From Minisyncoccota bacterium (GTDB lineage Bacteria; Patescibacteriota; Minisyncoccia; Phycocordibacterales; UBA9973), in the NCBI GenBank assembly GCA_035510575.1, contig DATKGV010000012.1, forward strand, positions 7,596 through 71,595: a stretch of 64,000 nt of DNA. The letters run 5' to 3'. The translations under genes and the position numbers were made by a program. Positions 55,541-64,000 of the stretch are shown here, piece by piece. The number at the start of each line of letters is the position of its first letter. Position 1 is the stretch's first letter. The notes under the pieces were generated by a model. The model did not search any database. It had not been told where the DNA came from and saw only the letters and a program-made list of their open reading frames with translations.

Positions 55541-57355
55541 TTATTGTCCCTTATTTGATGTTTTTGCCTTTGAACGGCTTTGTTCAGTCAAGAACTTCTT
55601 GCGCAATCGTATATTTTTGGGGGTAATTTCAAGATATTCGTCATCCGCCATTATTTCAAGGCCCCTTTCAATGGACAGCTTGTAAGGCGGTTTGATTCTA
55701 ATGGCTTCGTCCGTGCCTGAAGAGCGCATATTTGAGAGCTGTTTGCCTTTTGTCGGATTGACTGCCATCTCGTCGCCTTTTGTAACATTGCCGATGACCA
55801 TGCCTTCATAAACTTCATCGCCATGCTCCACATACAAAATGCCTCTTTCCTGCAAAGTCCACAAGGAAAATGCAGCAACTTTGCCATTAACCATGGAAGT
55901 CATTGATCCGACATCACGCTTTTTTATTTCGCCGGCATAATCTCTGAATCCGATAAAACGAGAGGCGAGCATTCCTTCCCCTTTTGTGTCTATTATAAAT
56001 TGTCCGCGATATCCAAGCAATCCCCGAGTCGGAATTTCAATCAGCATTCTGGTAATTCCTTCTTTTTCATGCATATTGGTAATCGTTCCGCGGCGCGCCG
56101 CCAGCTTCTCAATCACAGAGCCGGCAAATTCATTTCTGACATCAATAGTAGCTTCCTCGTAAGGTTCCAGTTTTTTGCTATTCTCGTATTTTATAATGAC
56201 GTGGGGCTGGGAAACTTGAAGTTCAAATCCTTCGCGGCGCATATTTTCAAGCAGTATGGCGATATGCAATTCGCCGCGGCCGTACACAAGATAACCCTCT
56301 TGTATTTTCTCGGGATCGGATGTCTCAAAATTCACTTTTAATCCCACATTCACTTCAAGTTCTTTTTCCAGCCGCTCGCGTATTTGGCGGTTAGTGACAT
56401 ATTTGCCTTCTCGTCCGGCGAAAGGAGAATCATTCACCAAAAAATTAAGCGAAATTGTCGGCTCATCAATGGCAATAGATGGCAATGACGGCGTGTCAAT
56501 ATTGTCGCAAATAGTTTCTCCAATATAAACATCTGGAATTCCTGCAATCATGGCAATGTCTCCAGTAGTTAATATATCAATTTCTTTTCTATTTATGCCT
56601 TCAAAAGTAAACATTTTATTAATGCGAGTCGCGCGAGAACCTCCGGCATTATCTTTTACAATAATATTAGCTCCTGTTTTTATTGAACCGGCATAAGCGC
56701 GGACAATGGCCAAACGGCCCAAGAAATTATCATAACCCAGATTAAATACTTGAGCTTGAAAGGGCTTGTCAGAATTTACGGATGCTTCAGGCACAACTTC
56801 TAGAATTAAATCAAGAAGCGGAGTGAGATCTTTTGATTCATCCGTCAAATTATTTTTAGCAATTCCTTGCCGGCCGATCGCGTAGATAGTTTTAAAATTT
56901 ATTTGTTCATCGTTTGCTCCAAGCTCCATGAAAAGCTCCAGAACTTCTTCGTGCGTGCGGCTAGGATTGGCGGCCGGCTTGTCTATTTTATTTATGACGA
57001 CTATCGGCTTAAGCCCTAGTTCAAGTGACTTCTTCAAGACAAAGCGGGTCTGAGGCATCGGGCCTTCCTGAGCATCCACAAGCAGAAGCACGGAATCAAT
57101 GGCGCGAAGCACGCGCTCGACTTCAGAACCGAAATCGGCGTGCCCGGGAGTATCAACAATATTTATTTTGGTGCCTTTGTAATTGACCGAAGTATTCTTG
57201 GCGTAAATGGTGATGCCTCGCTCAAGCTCAATGGCGTTTGAATCCATAGTCGCGCCTTCTTCGCCTGCCATTCCGCATTGCTTCATTAATTGGTCGGTTA
57301 GTGTGGTTTTGCCATGGTCAACGTGGGCTATAATTGCTATATTTCTAATTTCCAT
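55541..57355 (-). CDS. typA: Translational GTPase TypA/BipA.
   Basis: AHVDHGKTT. DTPGHADF. NKID. EF-G-like domains. Confidence 0.9.
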   Translation of the reverse strand: MEIRNIAIIAHVDHGKTTLTDQLMKQCGMAGEEGATMDSNAIELERGITIYAKNTSVNYKGTKINIVDTPGHADFGSEVERVLRAIDSVLLLVDAQEGPMPQTRFVLKKSLELGLKPIVVINKIDKPAANPSRTHEEVLELFMELGANDEQINFKTIYAIGRQGIAKNNLTDESKDLTPLLDLILEVVPEASVNSDKPFQAQVFNLGYDNFLGRLAIVRAYAGSIKTGANIIVKDNAGGSRATRINKMFTFEGINRKEIDILTTGDIAMIAGIPDVYIGETICDNIDTPSLPSIAIDEPTISLNFLVNDSPFAGREGKYVTNRQIRERLEKELEVNVGLKVNFETSDPEKIQEGYLVYGRGELHIAILLENMRREGFELQVSQPHVIIKYENSKKLEPYEEATIDVRNEFAGSVIEKLAARRGTITNMHEKEGITRMLIEIPTRGLLGYRGQFIIDTKGEGMLASRFIGFRDYAGEIKKRDVGSMTSMVNGKVAAFSLWTLQERGILYVEHGDEVYEGMVIGNVTKGDEMAVNPTKGKQLSNMRSSGTDEAIRIKPPYKLSIERGLEIMADDEYLEITPKNIRLRKKFLTEQSRSKAKTSNKGQ

Positions 57356-57438
57356 AAAATAAAATCGCCCTCAGGCGTTTGTCTTAATACTGTATCATAT
57401 ATTTTATGAAATGTAAAATAAAAGCTAAAAAATTAATC

Positions 57439-59226
57439 TTAGTCGTATATTGGAATAGTTTTTATCATTCTATTTTGTTCAATTAAAATAATATTCTTAT
57501 CGTTTTTATCTATTTTATTATTATCATTCATTTCAAAAACATTAAAGCCAACCATGCCATTGTTGTAACAATACTTTTTGACATATTCATCAATAACTTT
57601 TGCCCCTAATATTTTGTCAGGAGTAATTTTATCTTCTATAAGAGATTCCGTTTGATACAAAGATGCTGCAAAAGTAACGGGAAGATTTGGATCAAGGATA
57701 AATTCTATCCTAGCATCTTTTTTATCTAAATTAAATACACTTTCTAACACATTTTTTTTAACAATAAGATCTTTTTTAGTTAAACTTTTTTCATATTTTT
57801 CTCGTCTTAATTTTTTGATCTGATTAAGTAAATCCATTTTATCTTGATCTTTTTCTATATCATCAAAAAAATCACAAGGAAATATCTCTTCATATTGCCA
57901 TGCATTATCTATCCAAATTTGCCCTTTTTCATTACCCTTTTTCTCTTTTCTTAATATTTTTAAACTCGAAGAAAATATATTTTTAGGGTCAATATAATTA
58001 TCACTCCATACATTAGAATCTACTAGTTTGGTAAATTTTTTTTCATATGATTCTTCATATTCTTCATTTGTTATCTGAAAAGGCTTAGTGGAGCTATTCG
58101 TATTAATATTATATATTTCAAAAACCATTTCTCTTTTTAATTTTTTAAAATTTTGCATTAGATTCTTAATTTCTGATACTAACTCACTCATTAATTTAGT
58201 GTCATAAGCATTTTCATCCCTTTTTTCTTCCATTGTTATACTACCTTTATATAAATTTAAAATAGAAACAGTATCTAAACTACCAGTTAGCATTTGAATA
58301 TCTGGACCTTCTCCCATTTTGTATTCTATTTTATTCTTTCTTTGTTCAATTATAGACAAAATGCCATATTTTATAATACTATCTAATTTACTTGTTGGAG
58401 AAAAATGTATGAAAAAATCCTTACTCTTTACTCCTTCAAAGATTTTTTTCTTATTAATTTCGTATTTTTCCTTAGCTTGTTCTGTAAGAATATTTCTTTT
58501 TTCAATAAATTTATTATCAATATTAGGTAGTTTTTTAATGATTTCATTTAAGTCGTATCCTGAATTTTGATTATAGGCATTGTCTGCTAATGTAAGAATT
58601 TCCGATTCATTAAATTCCAAACCAAACTCACTAGAGAGCTTATTTAAAAAACATACATCTCCATTATTAACAACTAATTTTTTAATTTTTTCTAGTAAAT
58701 CTCCAGAAATACCCAAATAAGCAAGAACTTCTATTATTCTGTAAGATTTTATATAATCTTTATTTTTTAGAAAAAATGACAATTCGTTAAACAACTCTTC
58801 TTTTTTTATTTCGGGAATTAATTCGCTTATCAAAAGTTGTTCCTTAGAAGAAAAAGTAGATTTTTTTAGCATATCTCCAGAAGAATTTTTTCTTAAAATT
58901 TGTTGAACTCTAAAAATAGTCACAAAATCAGTGCCATTTTCTTTTTCTCTCAAATTTTTTCTTAAAATCTCAAGTCCTCTTTCAATATCATCTCCACCTG
59001 GATTTTCTAATGAATATGAGTGAATCTCTTGTTGTATTTCAGGAATTAAATATTTATATTCCTCATAAAATCTTCTTTGTTCAATTAATTCTTTTCCCTC
59101 CTTATATTCATTTTTTTCTTGTTCCTTACTCAAATATTCCTGAGCTTTTTCAGGATTAGTTTTACGAATCTCTTTCAAATCTTTAGCAAGATTGTCACGG
59201 TAATTTGAATGATTAAATTCTTTCAT
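57439..59226 (-). CDS. Hypothetical protein (595 aa), Lys/Glu/Asn-rich and very AT-rich.
   Basis: ORF only. No motif recognised. Confidence 0.4.
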   Translation of the reverse strand: MKEFNHSNYRDNLAKDLKEIRKTNPEKAQEYLSKEQEKNEYKEGKELIEQRRFYEEYKYLIPEIQQEIHSYSLENPGGDDIERGLEILRKNLREKENGTDFVTIFRVQQILRKNSSGDMLKKSTFSSKEQLLISELIPEIKKEELFNELSFFLKNKDYIKSYRIIEVLAYLGISGDLLEKIKKLVVNNGDVCFLNKLSSEFGLEFNESEILTLADNAYNQNSGYDLNEIIKKLPNIDNKFIEKRNILTEQAKEKYEINKKKIFEGVKSKDFFIHFSPTSKLDSIIKYGILSIIEQRKNKIEYKMGEGPDIQMLTGSLDTVSILNLYKGSITMEEKRDENAYDTKLMSELVSEIKNLMQNFKKLKREMVFEIYNINTNSSTKPFQITNEEYEESYEKKFTKLVDSNVWSDNYIDPKNIFSSSLKILRKEKKGNEKGQIWIDNAWQYEEIFPCDFFDDIEKDQDKMDLLNQIKKLRREKYEKSLTKKDLIVKKNVLESVFNLDKKDARIEFILDPNLPVTFAASLYQTESLIEDKITPDKILGAKVIDEYVKKYCYNNGMVGFNVFEMNDNNKIDKNDKNIILIEQNRMIKTIPIYD

Positions 59227-59296
59227 ATATAGTTCTATGATAGCATTTTTTAGGTAAAAATGCTATAGGTTTTTTTGATTTTAAAAATCAAAAGTT

Positions 59297-60412
59297 TTAA
59301 AATAACTTTACAATATCATGGAATGTAATAACAGCCATAAGTAACATTAATAGACCAAAGCCAATCATATTAGCAAGATTAGCAATTTCAGGTTTAATAC
59401 GAGAACCTTTGATTTTTTCTATTAGAAGGAATAATAATCTACCTCCATCTAATGCTGGAAATGGAATTAAGTTTATAACAGCAAGATTGATAGATATAAG
59501 AGCCGTGAATGACAACAAATAAATAAATCCAAATTTTGCCGCATCTCCTACCACACCTACAATACCTACAGGTCCACTAATCGCAGATAAATTGCCGTGA
59601 CCAGTTAATCCATCATGAATCAATGTATAAAATCCTTTTATGGTTCCAATAAAAATATCTGATGATAATTTTAATCCTTCCCATACAGCTTTATGAATCG
59701 GAAGCTTGAGTGTGCCTATAACATCCATACTTATACCAATCATTGGAGTATTACTTGTTTTATTAATTTCTGGAATAACATTGAATTGTTTTAATTCTTT
59801 AGCGCGAACGACAGATATATTTATATTTTCTCCACCATGTCTTTTAACAAAATATTGAACACTCTCAGCAGATGGAGTCTCAGTCATATCTTTACCTGAT
59901 TCAAGTAGAATAATTTTATCACCAATTTTTAATCCTGCTTTTTCTGCTGGACTTCCAGATGCCAAACTAATGATAGTTAATGATTCATTAGCAAGTATAG
60001 ATCCAGTAGGGGTCGCACCAGATGAAGTTGGAAGTCCTGACATAAAACCAATAGAGAGCAGAAGCCATGCTACAAGAAAGTTCATTACTACACCAGCTAA
60101 AAGCACCATGGCTTGTATATACCTAGGTTTATGCATAAAGCTTCTTGCTTGATCAGACTCAGTTGTCACTTTTTCACTATTTTGCCCAGGAAAATCATCT
60201 GAACCTTGACCGTAAATTTTCACATAACCACCAAAAGGCAATGCGTTAAATTTATATGTTGTTTCCCCTCTTTTAATTCCAAAAAGTTTAGGTGGAAAAC
60301 CAAAAGAAAATTCATCTACACGAATTCCTGATTTCTTAGCGACAATAAAATGCCCAAATTCATGGGACACCACAAGCACTAATAAAATTATTAGGAATAT
60401 AATTACACTCAT
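59297..60412 (-). CDS. rseP: Site-2 protease, an M50 family zinc metalloprotease (RseP-like).
   Basis: HEFGHF zinc motif. PDZ-like region. C-terminal LDGG. Confidence 0.8.
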   Translation of the reverse strand: MSVIIFLIILLVLVVSHEFGHFIVAKKSGIRVDEFSFGFPPKLFGIKRGETTYKFNALPFGGYVKIYGQGSDDFPGQNSEKVTTESDQARSFMHKPRYIQAMVLLAGVVMNFLVAWLLLSIGFMSGLPTSSGATPTGSILANESLTIISLASGSPAEKAGLKIGDKIILLESGKDMTETPSAESVQYFVKRHGGENINISVVRAKELKQFNVIPEINKTSNTPMIGISMDVIGTLKLPIHKAVWEGLKLSSDIFIGTIKGFYTLIHDGLTGHGNLSAISGPVGIVGVVGDAAKFGFIYLLSFTALISINLAVINLIPFPALDGGRLLFLLIEKIKGSRIKPEIANLANMIGFGLLMLLMAVITFHDIVKLF

Positions 60413-60415
60413 TTT

Positions 60416-60949
60416 TTAATTCATTATATCAGTTTCTTTTTTAGTAAATATCGCTTCAAGATTATTATTTGATTCATCAACAAGTTTTTGAATATCTTCT
60501 TTGCCTCGTTTAACTTCATCTTCAGGTAAATCGGAAAGCTTATCTATCTCTACTTGTCGCTCTTTACGAACGCTTATGCGAGCATCTTCTAATTTCTCTT
60601 TCAAAATTTTTGTAAGTTTTGTACGATTCTCAGTCGTTAGCATTGGAAATATAACTCTAACTCCATCACTATCAGACGCTACAGACAATCCTAGATTAGC
60701 CGAAGAAATGGCACTTTCAATATCTTTAATTTGATTTTTGTCCCATGGAGCGACACGAAGAGTTTTTGGATCTTCCAAGTTTATACTCGCAACATTCTTA
60801 ATAGGCATTCTTGCGCCATAGCTTTCAATCATAATACTATCAAGTATCATAGGTGTTGCCCTACCGGTATGAATCTGCGAATACTCTTTAGAGAGCCATT
60901 CTTCTATTTTCTTTAATTCTATTTTTAAATTTGATGTGTTGTAACTCAT
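60416..60949 (-). CDS. frr: Ribosome recycling factor.
   Basis: RRF pattern throughout: RTGRATP, VRKERQ, KLVDE. Confidence 0.9.
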   Translation of the reverse strand: MSYNTSNLKIELKKIEEWLSKEYSQIHTGRATPMILDSIMIESYGARMPIKNVASINLEDPKTLRVAPWDKNQIKDIESAISSANLGLSVASDSDGVRVIFPMLTTENRTKLTKILKEKLEDARISVRKERQVEIDKLSDLPEDEVKRGKEDIQKLVDESNNNLEAIFTKKETDIMN

Positions 60950-60958
60950 AGGTTTCTA

Positions 60959-61654
60959 TTATAGCACAAGAGCGATATGTTCTAAAATCATTTTAACTGA
61001 TGAACCAGGAAGACTTAGAAAATCTCTACCCTTTTGTAATTCGCCAAGAATAAATTGAGATTCTTTATTATTTTTATCTTTTTTCCATTTATTATAAATA
61101 ATGAGTTCAATTTCGTTTATTATTTTCGTGGCATCATGTCTTAATTTACCACTACTTTCTTCATCTTTATATTCTTTTATTATTTTAGCGATAATATCTA
61201 TACGATCCTTAGGTGTTGCTAAAATAATTTCTTTAGAAATTTTTTTAAATGAATCATCTTCATTTAGTGTTTTAATAACATGCACTCGCGATAATATAGT
61301 ATCTAATAATAAAGAAGGATTCGGTATTATAATAAAGAAATGATTATTAATTGCTGGTTCTTCAAGAATTTTCAAAAGAGAACGTTCAGCTTCGGCATTT
61401 ATAAACTTCACGCCGATAATACAAATCTTCTTTTCATTAGTTGTTTTCTTTTCACTGTGCCATTCTTTTATCTTTCTACTATCATTTATAGTGAATGAAT
61501 CATAAATTTGGAAAAATATGTCAGGATTTTGAGTTTTAATATATTTATTTTTCTTTAAAAATTCTAATAGTTCAAATGGCGCCGTTTCAGGATTACCTAG
61601 AATGACATAGCTATGATATAGATTTTTAGGAAATAAGTTATCAAAAATATTCAT
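60959..61654 (-). CDS. DNA polymerase III delta-prime-like protein (degenerate HolB).
   Basis: LKILEEP...FIIIPNPSLLLDTILSRVHVIK resembles the delta' sensor region. No Walker A. Confidence 0.5.
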   Translation of the reverse strand: MNIFDNLFPKNLYHSYVILGNPETAPFELLEFLKKNKYIKTQNPDIFFQIYDSFTINDSRKIKEWHSEKKTTNEKKICIIGVKFINAEAERSLLKILEEPAINNHFFIIIPNPSLLLDTILSRVHVIKTLNEDDSFKKISKEIILATPKDRIDIIAKIIKEYKDEESSGKLRHDATKIINEIELIIYNKWKKDKNNKESQFILGELQKGRDFLSLPGSSVKMILEHIALVL

Positions 61655-61660
61655 AATATT

Positions 61661-63358
61661 TTATTTCAAATATTCTGGCGCATAGACACTTATATAATCC
61701 ACTACTTCACTCATAACTTGCGTGGCATTACCCGATGCCGATTTTGGACCTTTCTCCATTAACACTGCAAAAGAATATTTAGGATTATCATAAGGGAAAA
61801 ATCCAACTATCCAAGAGTTCGTATTTGTATTACCAAGACCAATCTGCGCCGTACCAGATTTCGCCGCAACTTTGACAAAAGGGAGGTTGAGCGCTGTCGC
61901 AGTGCCAGATGTCACAGCCTGTCTCATGCCATCTTGGATAACTTTCATCATATCTTGATTAACAGGAATAGTTATTTTTTTTGTATCAAAACTTGTATCA
62001 TTCAAACGAACATGAGGGACAGGAATTATTCCATTATCTGCTATACCAGCAACTGCGCGAGCCATCTGAAGCGGAGTTACTTGAAATCCGTACTGGCCAA
62101 TGGCAGTATTGTAAGTGTCGCCGACTCTCCATGGATCGCCTTTGAATGTTTTTATCTTCCAGTCAGGCGTTGGAATAATTCCAGATTTCTCGCCTGGAAG
62201 ATCAATGCCAGTTTTAATAGATATGCCGAACATCTGCGCATACTTGTCAATATTAACAATGCCCAAGCCATTCTGATCTTGATAGCCGCCGCCTATCTCG
62301 TAAAAATAAACATCCGATGAAATTGCAATCGCTTTTTGCATATCAACATATCCGAATGAGCCGTGATCTTTAAATATTGATTTCTTGTCTGGAAAATACG
62401 GATTAGGTATTGAAATGGATCCGTTGGCAAAAATTTGCTTGAACGGAGTGATGATATTTTCAACAAGAGCGGCATAGCCGATAAACGGCTTGACGATGGA
62501 ACCCGGAGTATAAAGTCCTGAAATAGGCCGATTAAGAAATACTTTGCGCTTGTCTGAAAAATAGCTATTGATGGTTTTAGCGTCCTCGCCGGCTGAAATT
62601 ATATTAGGATTGTATTCTGGATAGCTTGCAATGGTCAGCAGTTCCCCGGTTTTTATATCCATAATAACTCCAGCTCCGCCGGAAAATGACGAGACATGCG
62701 CCATCGAAGCTATGGAATTGTACATTTTTTGCTGGATTTTGGAATCTATTGACAGCTTGATATTGCCTCCGGATACGGGATTAGACACAACATTGTCGGA
62801 TTGAATCACTCCATTGACGTCGGTTTCCGATATGTGCACGCCGTTGGCGCCGGTCAGAGCGGCATTATAAGATTTTTCAACGCCGTCCTTTCCTATGAAA
62901 TTATCCTGCCAATAATTCCCCAATGAATCTTTTGCCGGCTGGCTGATATATCCGAGCAATAATCCGAACCCGGACTCATTTATGTAAGATCTCTGGGGCG
63001 GCGAGAATTTATTTATATTTTCTTTATCCCACGTATTCCATGCAAGCAAAACGTCTTTGCGGTCATAAATCAAGCCTCGATCGGCAAAAATCGGCTGCTT
63101 GGACAAAGTATTATTTTCGCTTTTCTTGAAATACGCTTCTCCGTGTATTATTTGAAGATTGCCTATTTTCCATAAGAATATGAGCGCCGCCGCCATAAAA
63201 AACAAGCCAAGCAGAAAAATTGAATTCTTGGGAATCGCTTTTTCCAATCTGCCCTCAAATTGCTGAGTATTGAAATTAGGCAAATTCTTGGAATCAAGAA
63301 AGGTCTCATCCGGATCAATGTCTTTTTTTATAAGTTTGTGATTAATGCGGAATTTCAT
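61661..63358 (-). CDS. Penicillin-binding protein 2-type transpeptidase (class B PBP).
   Basis: N-terminal TM. SIVKP (SxxK). KSGTAQ (KTG). Transpeptidase fold. Confidence 0.8.
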   Translation of the reverse strand: MKFRINHKLIKKDIDPDETFLDSKNLPNFNTQQFEGRLEKAIPKNSIFLLGLFFMAAALIFLWKIGNLQIIHGEAYFKKSENNTLSKQPIFADRGLIYDRKDVLLAWNTWDKENINKFSPPQRSYINESGFGLLLGYISQPAKDSLGNYWQDNFIGKDGVEKSYNAALTGANGVHISETDVNGVIQSDNVVSNPVSGGNIKLSIDSKIQQKMYNSIASMAHVSSFSGGAGVIMDIKTGELLTIASYPEYNPNIISAGEDAKTINSYFSDKRKVFLNRPISGLYTPGSIVKPFIGYAALVENIITPFKQIFANGSISIPNPYFPDKKSIFKDHGSFGYVDMQKAIAISSDVYFYEIGGGYQDQNGLGIVNIDKYAQMFGISIKTGIDLPGEKSGIIPTPDWKIKTFKGDPWRVGDTYNTAIGQYGFQVTPLQMARAVAGIADNGIIPVPHVRLNDTSFDTKKITIPVNQDMMKVIQDGMRQAVTSGTATALNLPFVKVAAKSGTAQIGLGNTNTNSWIVGFFPYDNPKYSFAVLMEKGPKSASGNATQVMSEVVDYISVYAPEYLK

Positions 63359-63620
63359 TTTTATATAGGATGATATGGCGGCGAATAAATTGGATACTAA
63401 TATATATTATGAATATAATCAATGTAAACCACAGGGGCGATGATATAAAGCCATGCCCCGGCACAACATATATAGAATGCATAATGATGCCGACTGCTAT
63501 GAATTCATAAAATTGAGCAAAGATAAAAATGCCGGCAAGACCTAAGATAGCGGTAATCCACCAAGGCAGAAGAAATATGGAAAGAAATAATATGACGTCA
63601 AAAGCAATTCTTTTTATCAT
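63342..63620 (-). CDS. Small polytopic membrane protein, possibly MreD-like given its position upstream of the PBP2 gene.
   Basis: Three TM helices. Context only. Confidence 0.3.
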   Translation of the reverse strand: MIKRIAFDVILFLSIFLLPWWITAILGLAGIFIFAQFYEFIAVGIIMHSIYVVPGHGFISSPLWFTLIIFIIYISIQFIRRHIILYKNEIPH

Positions 63621-63671
63621 AAAGCTAATTATACGTCAAAGACCTAAACTTCACCAGTAATCAATTAATAA

Positions 63672-63941
63672 TTATCTGTTACTAATTTTACGATAAATGG
63701 AACGGGTAATTAGAAAAATAATTACTACTAGTAATCCATAGAAAACAATTTTATTTCCGAGAATAAAAGCTAAAGCGGTTAGTAAGAAAAGTTTTATATA
63801 TGTTATTGGTTTTTGGGTTGCATCCAATGGTTTGGATATTGTTTGGGATGAAACTGAGGAATTTAATTCTTTTTGTGTTGCAATTTTTGCGTTATTTACT
63901 TTGACATAATTGCTATCGCGAAAATTATCAACAACACCCAA
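63672..63941 (-). CDS. Hypothetical protein with a C-terminal TM helix.
   Basis: ORF only. Near the window edge. Confidence 0.25.
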   Translation of the reverse strand: MGVVDNFRDSNYVKVNNAKIATQKELNSSVSSQTISKPLDATQKPITYIKLFLLTALAFILGNKIVFYGLLVVIIFLITRSIYRKISNR

Positions 63942-64000
63942 ACTATTTGATATAGGTTCGCTTATTGAAGTGGGTAAAACATCATTTATTTTAGAACTAA

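Noticed and set aside
59227-59296. AT-rich palindromes (ATAGCATTTTT-AGGT-AAAAATGCTAT and TTGATTTT-AAAAATCAA) downstream of rseP as a terminator.
   Set aside because: The T-run follows the hairpin on the plus strand, where no gene ends. On the minus strand there is no clean U-tract. The region may still contribute to termination, but it was not confidently called.
1-64000. rRNA genes, CRISPR arrays, additional tRNAs.
   Set aside because: None were recognisable. No regular repeat-spacer arrays, no other cloverleaf-compatible segments in intergenic regions, and no 16S/23S-like conserved stretches.

Overview
This window is an AT-rich (roughly 28-45% GC) stretch of bacterial chromosome. It is densely packed with housekeeping genes, mostly on the minus strand: gap, gatB, tRNA-Leu, gltX, murG-ftsW-mraY, scpB/scpA, aspS, trpS, dnaB, recR, rplU, cysS, dnaJ-dnaK and grpE, rpsI/rplM, the rpsM-rpsK-rpsD-rpoA-rplQ operon with rpmJ and infA, alaS, mnmA, typA, rseP, frr and a PBP2. 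The compact, streamlined gene set suggests a small-genome organism, possibly Patescibacteria/CPR-like; that is inference only. No rRNA genes or CRISPR arrays were seen.

The main observations are these.
(1) The first ~2.3 kb is about 50% GC and carries a phage/plasmid-like module: a partial replication-initiator-like ORF, a P-loop ATPase and a SymE/AbrB-like small protein.
(2) A REP-associated tyrosine transposase (RAYT) lies among four TAGTAGTT..AACTACTA REP palindromes, next to a 2-phosphosulfolactate phosphatase (ComB-like) gene that is frameshifted.
(3) Several GC-rich palindromic repeat families are inserted in frame into housekeeping genes (recR, the nspC C-terminus, mnmA twice, lysC) and into the dnaK leader. 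This resembles the palindromic elements described in Rickettsia.
(4) A complete carboxyspermidine-route polyamine gene cluster is present: speA-like decarboxylase, agmatinase, lysC+asd, carboxynorspermidine dehydrogenase and decarboxylase.
(5) Two paralogous proteins of about 555-595 aa that are extremely Cys-rich (many CxxC motifs) and have duplicated terminal modules. I do not recognise the family, and each sits inside an operon; one lies between the carboxynorspermidine dehydrogenase and decarboxylase genes.
(6) A perfect 32-bp palindrome is centred on the nspC start codon.
(7) A small winged-helix (PaaX_C-like) regulator sits where hrcA would be expected, between grpE and dnaK, with inverted repeats over consensus divergent promoters.
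(8) A 15-bp-stem hairpin lies between rpsK and rpsD.
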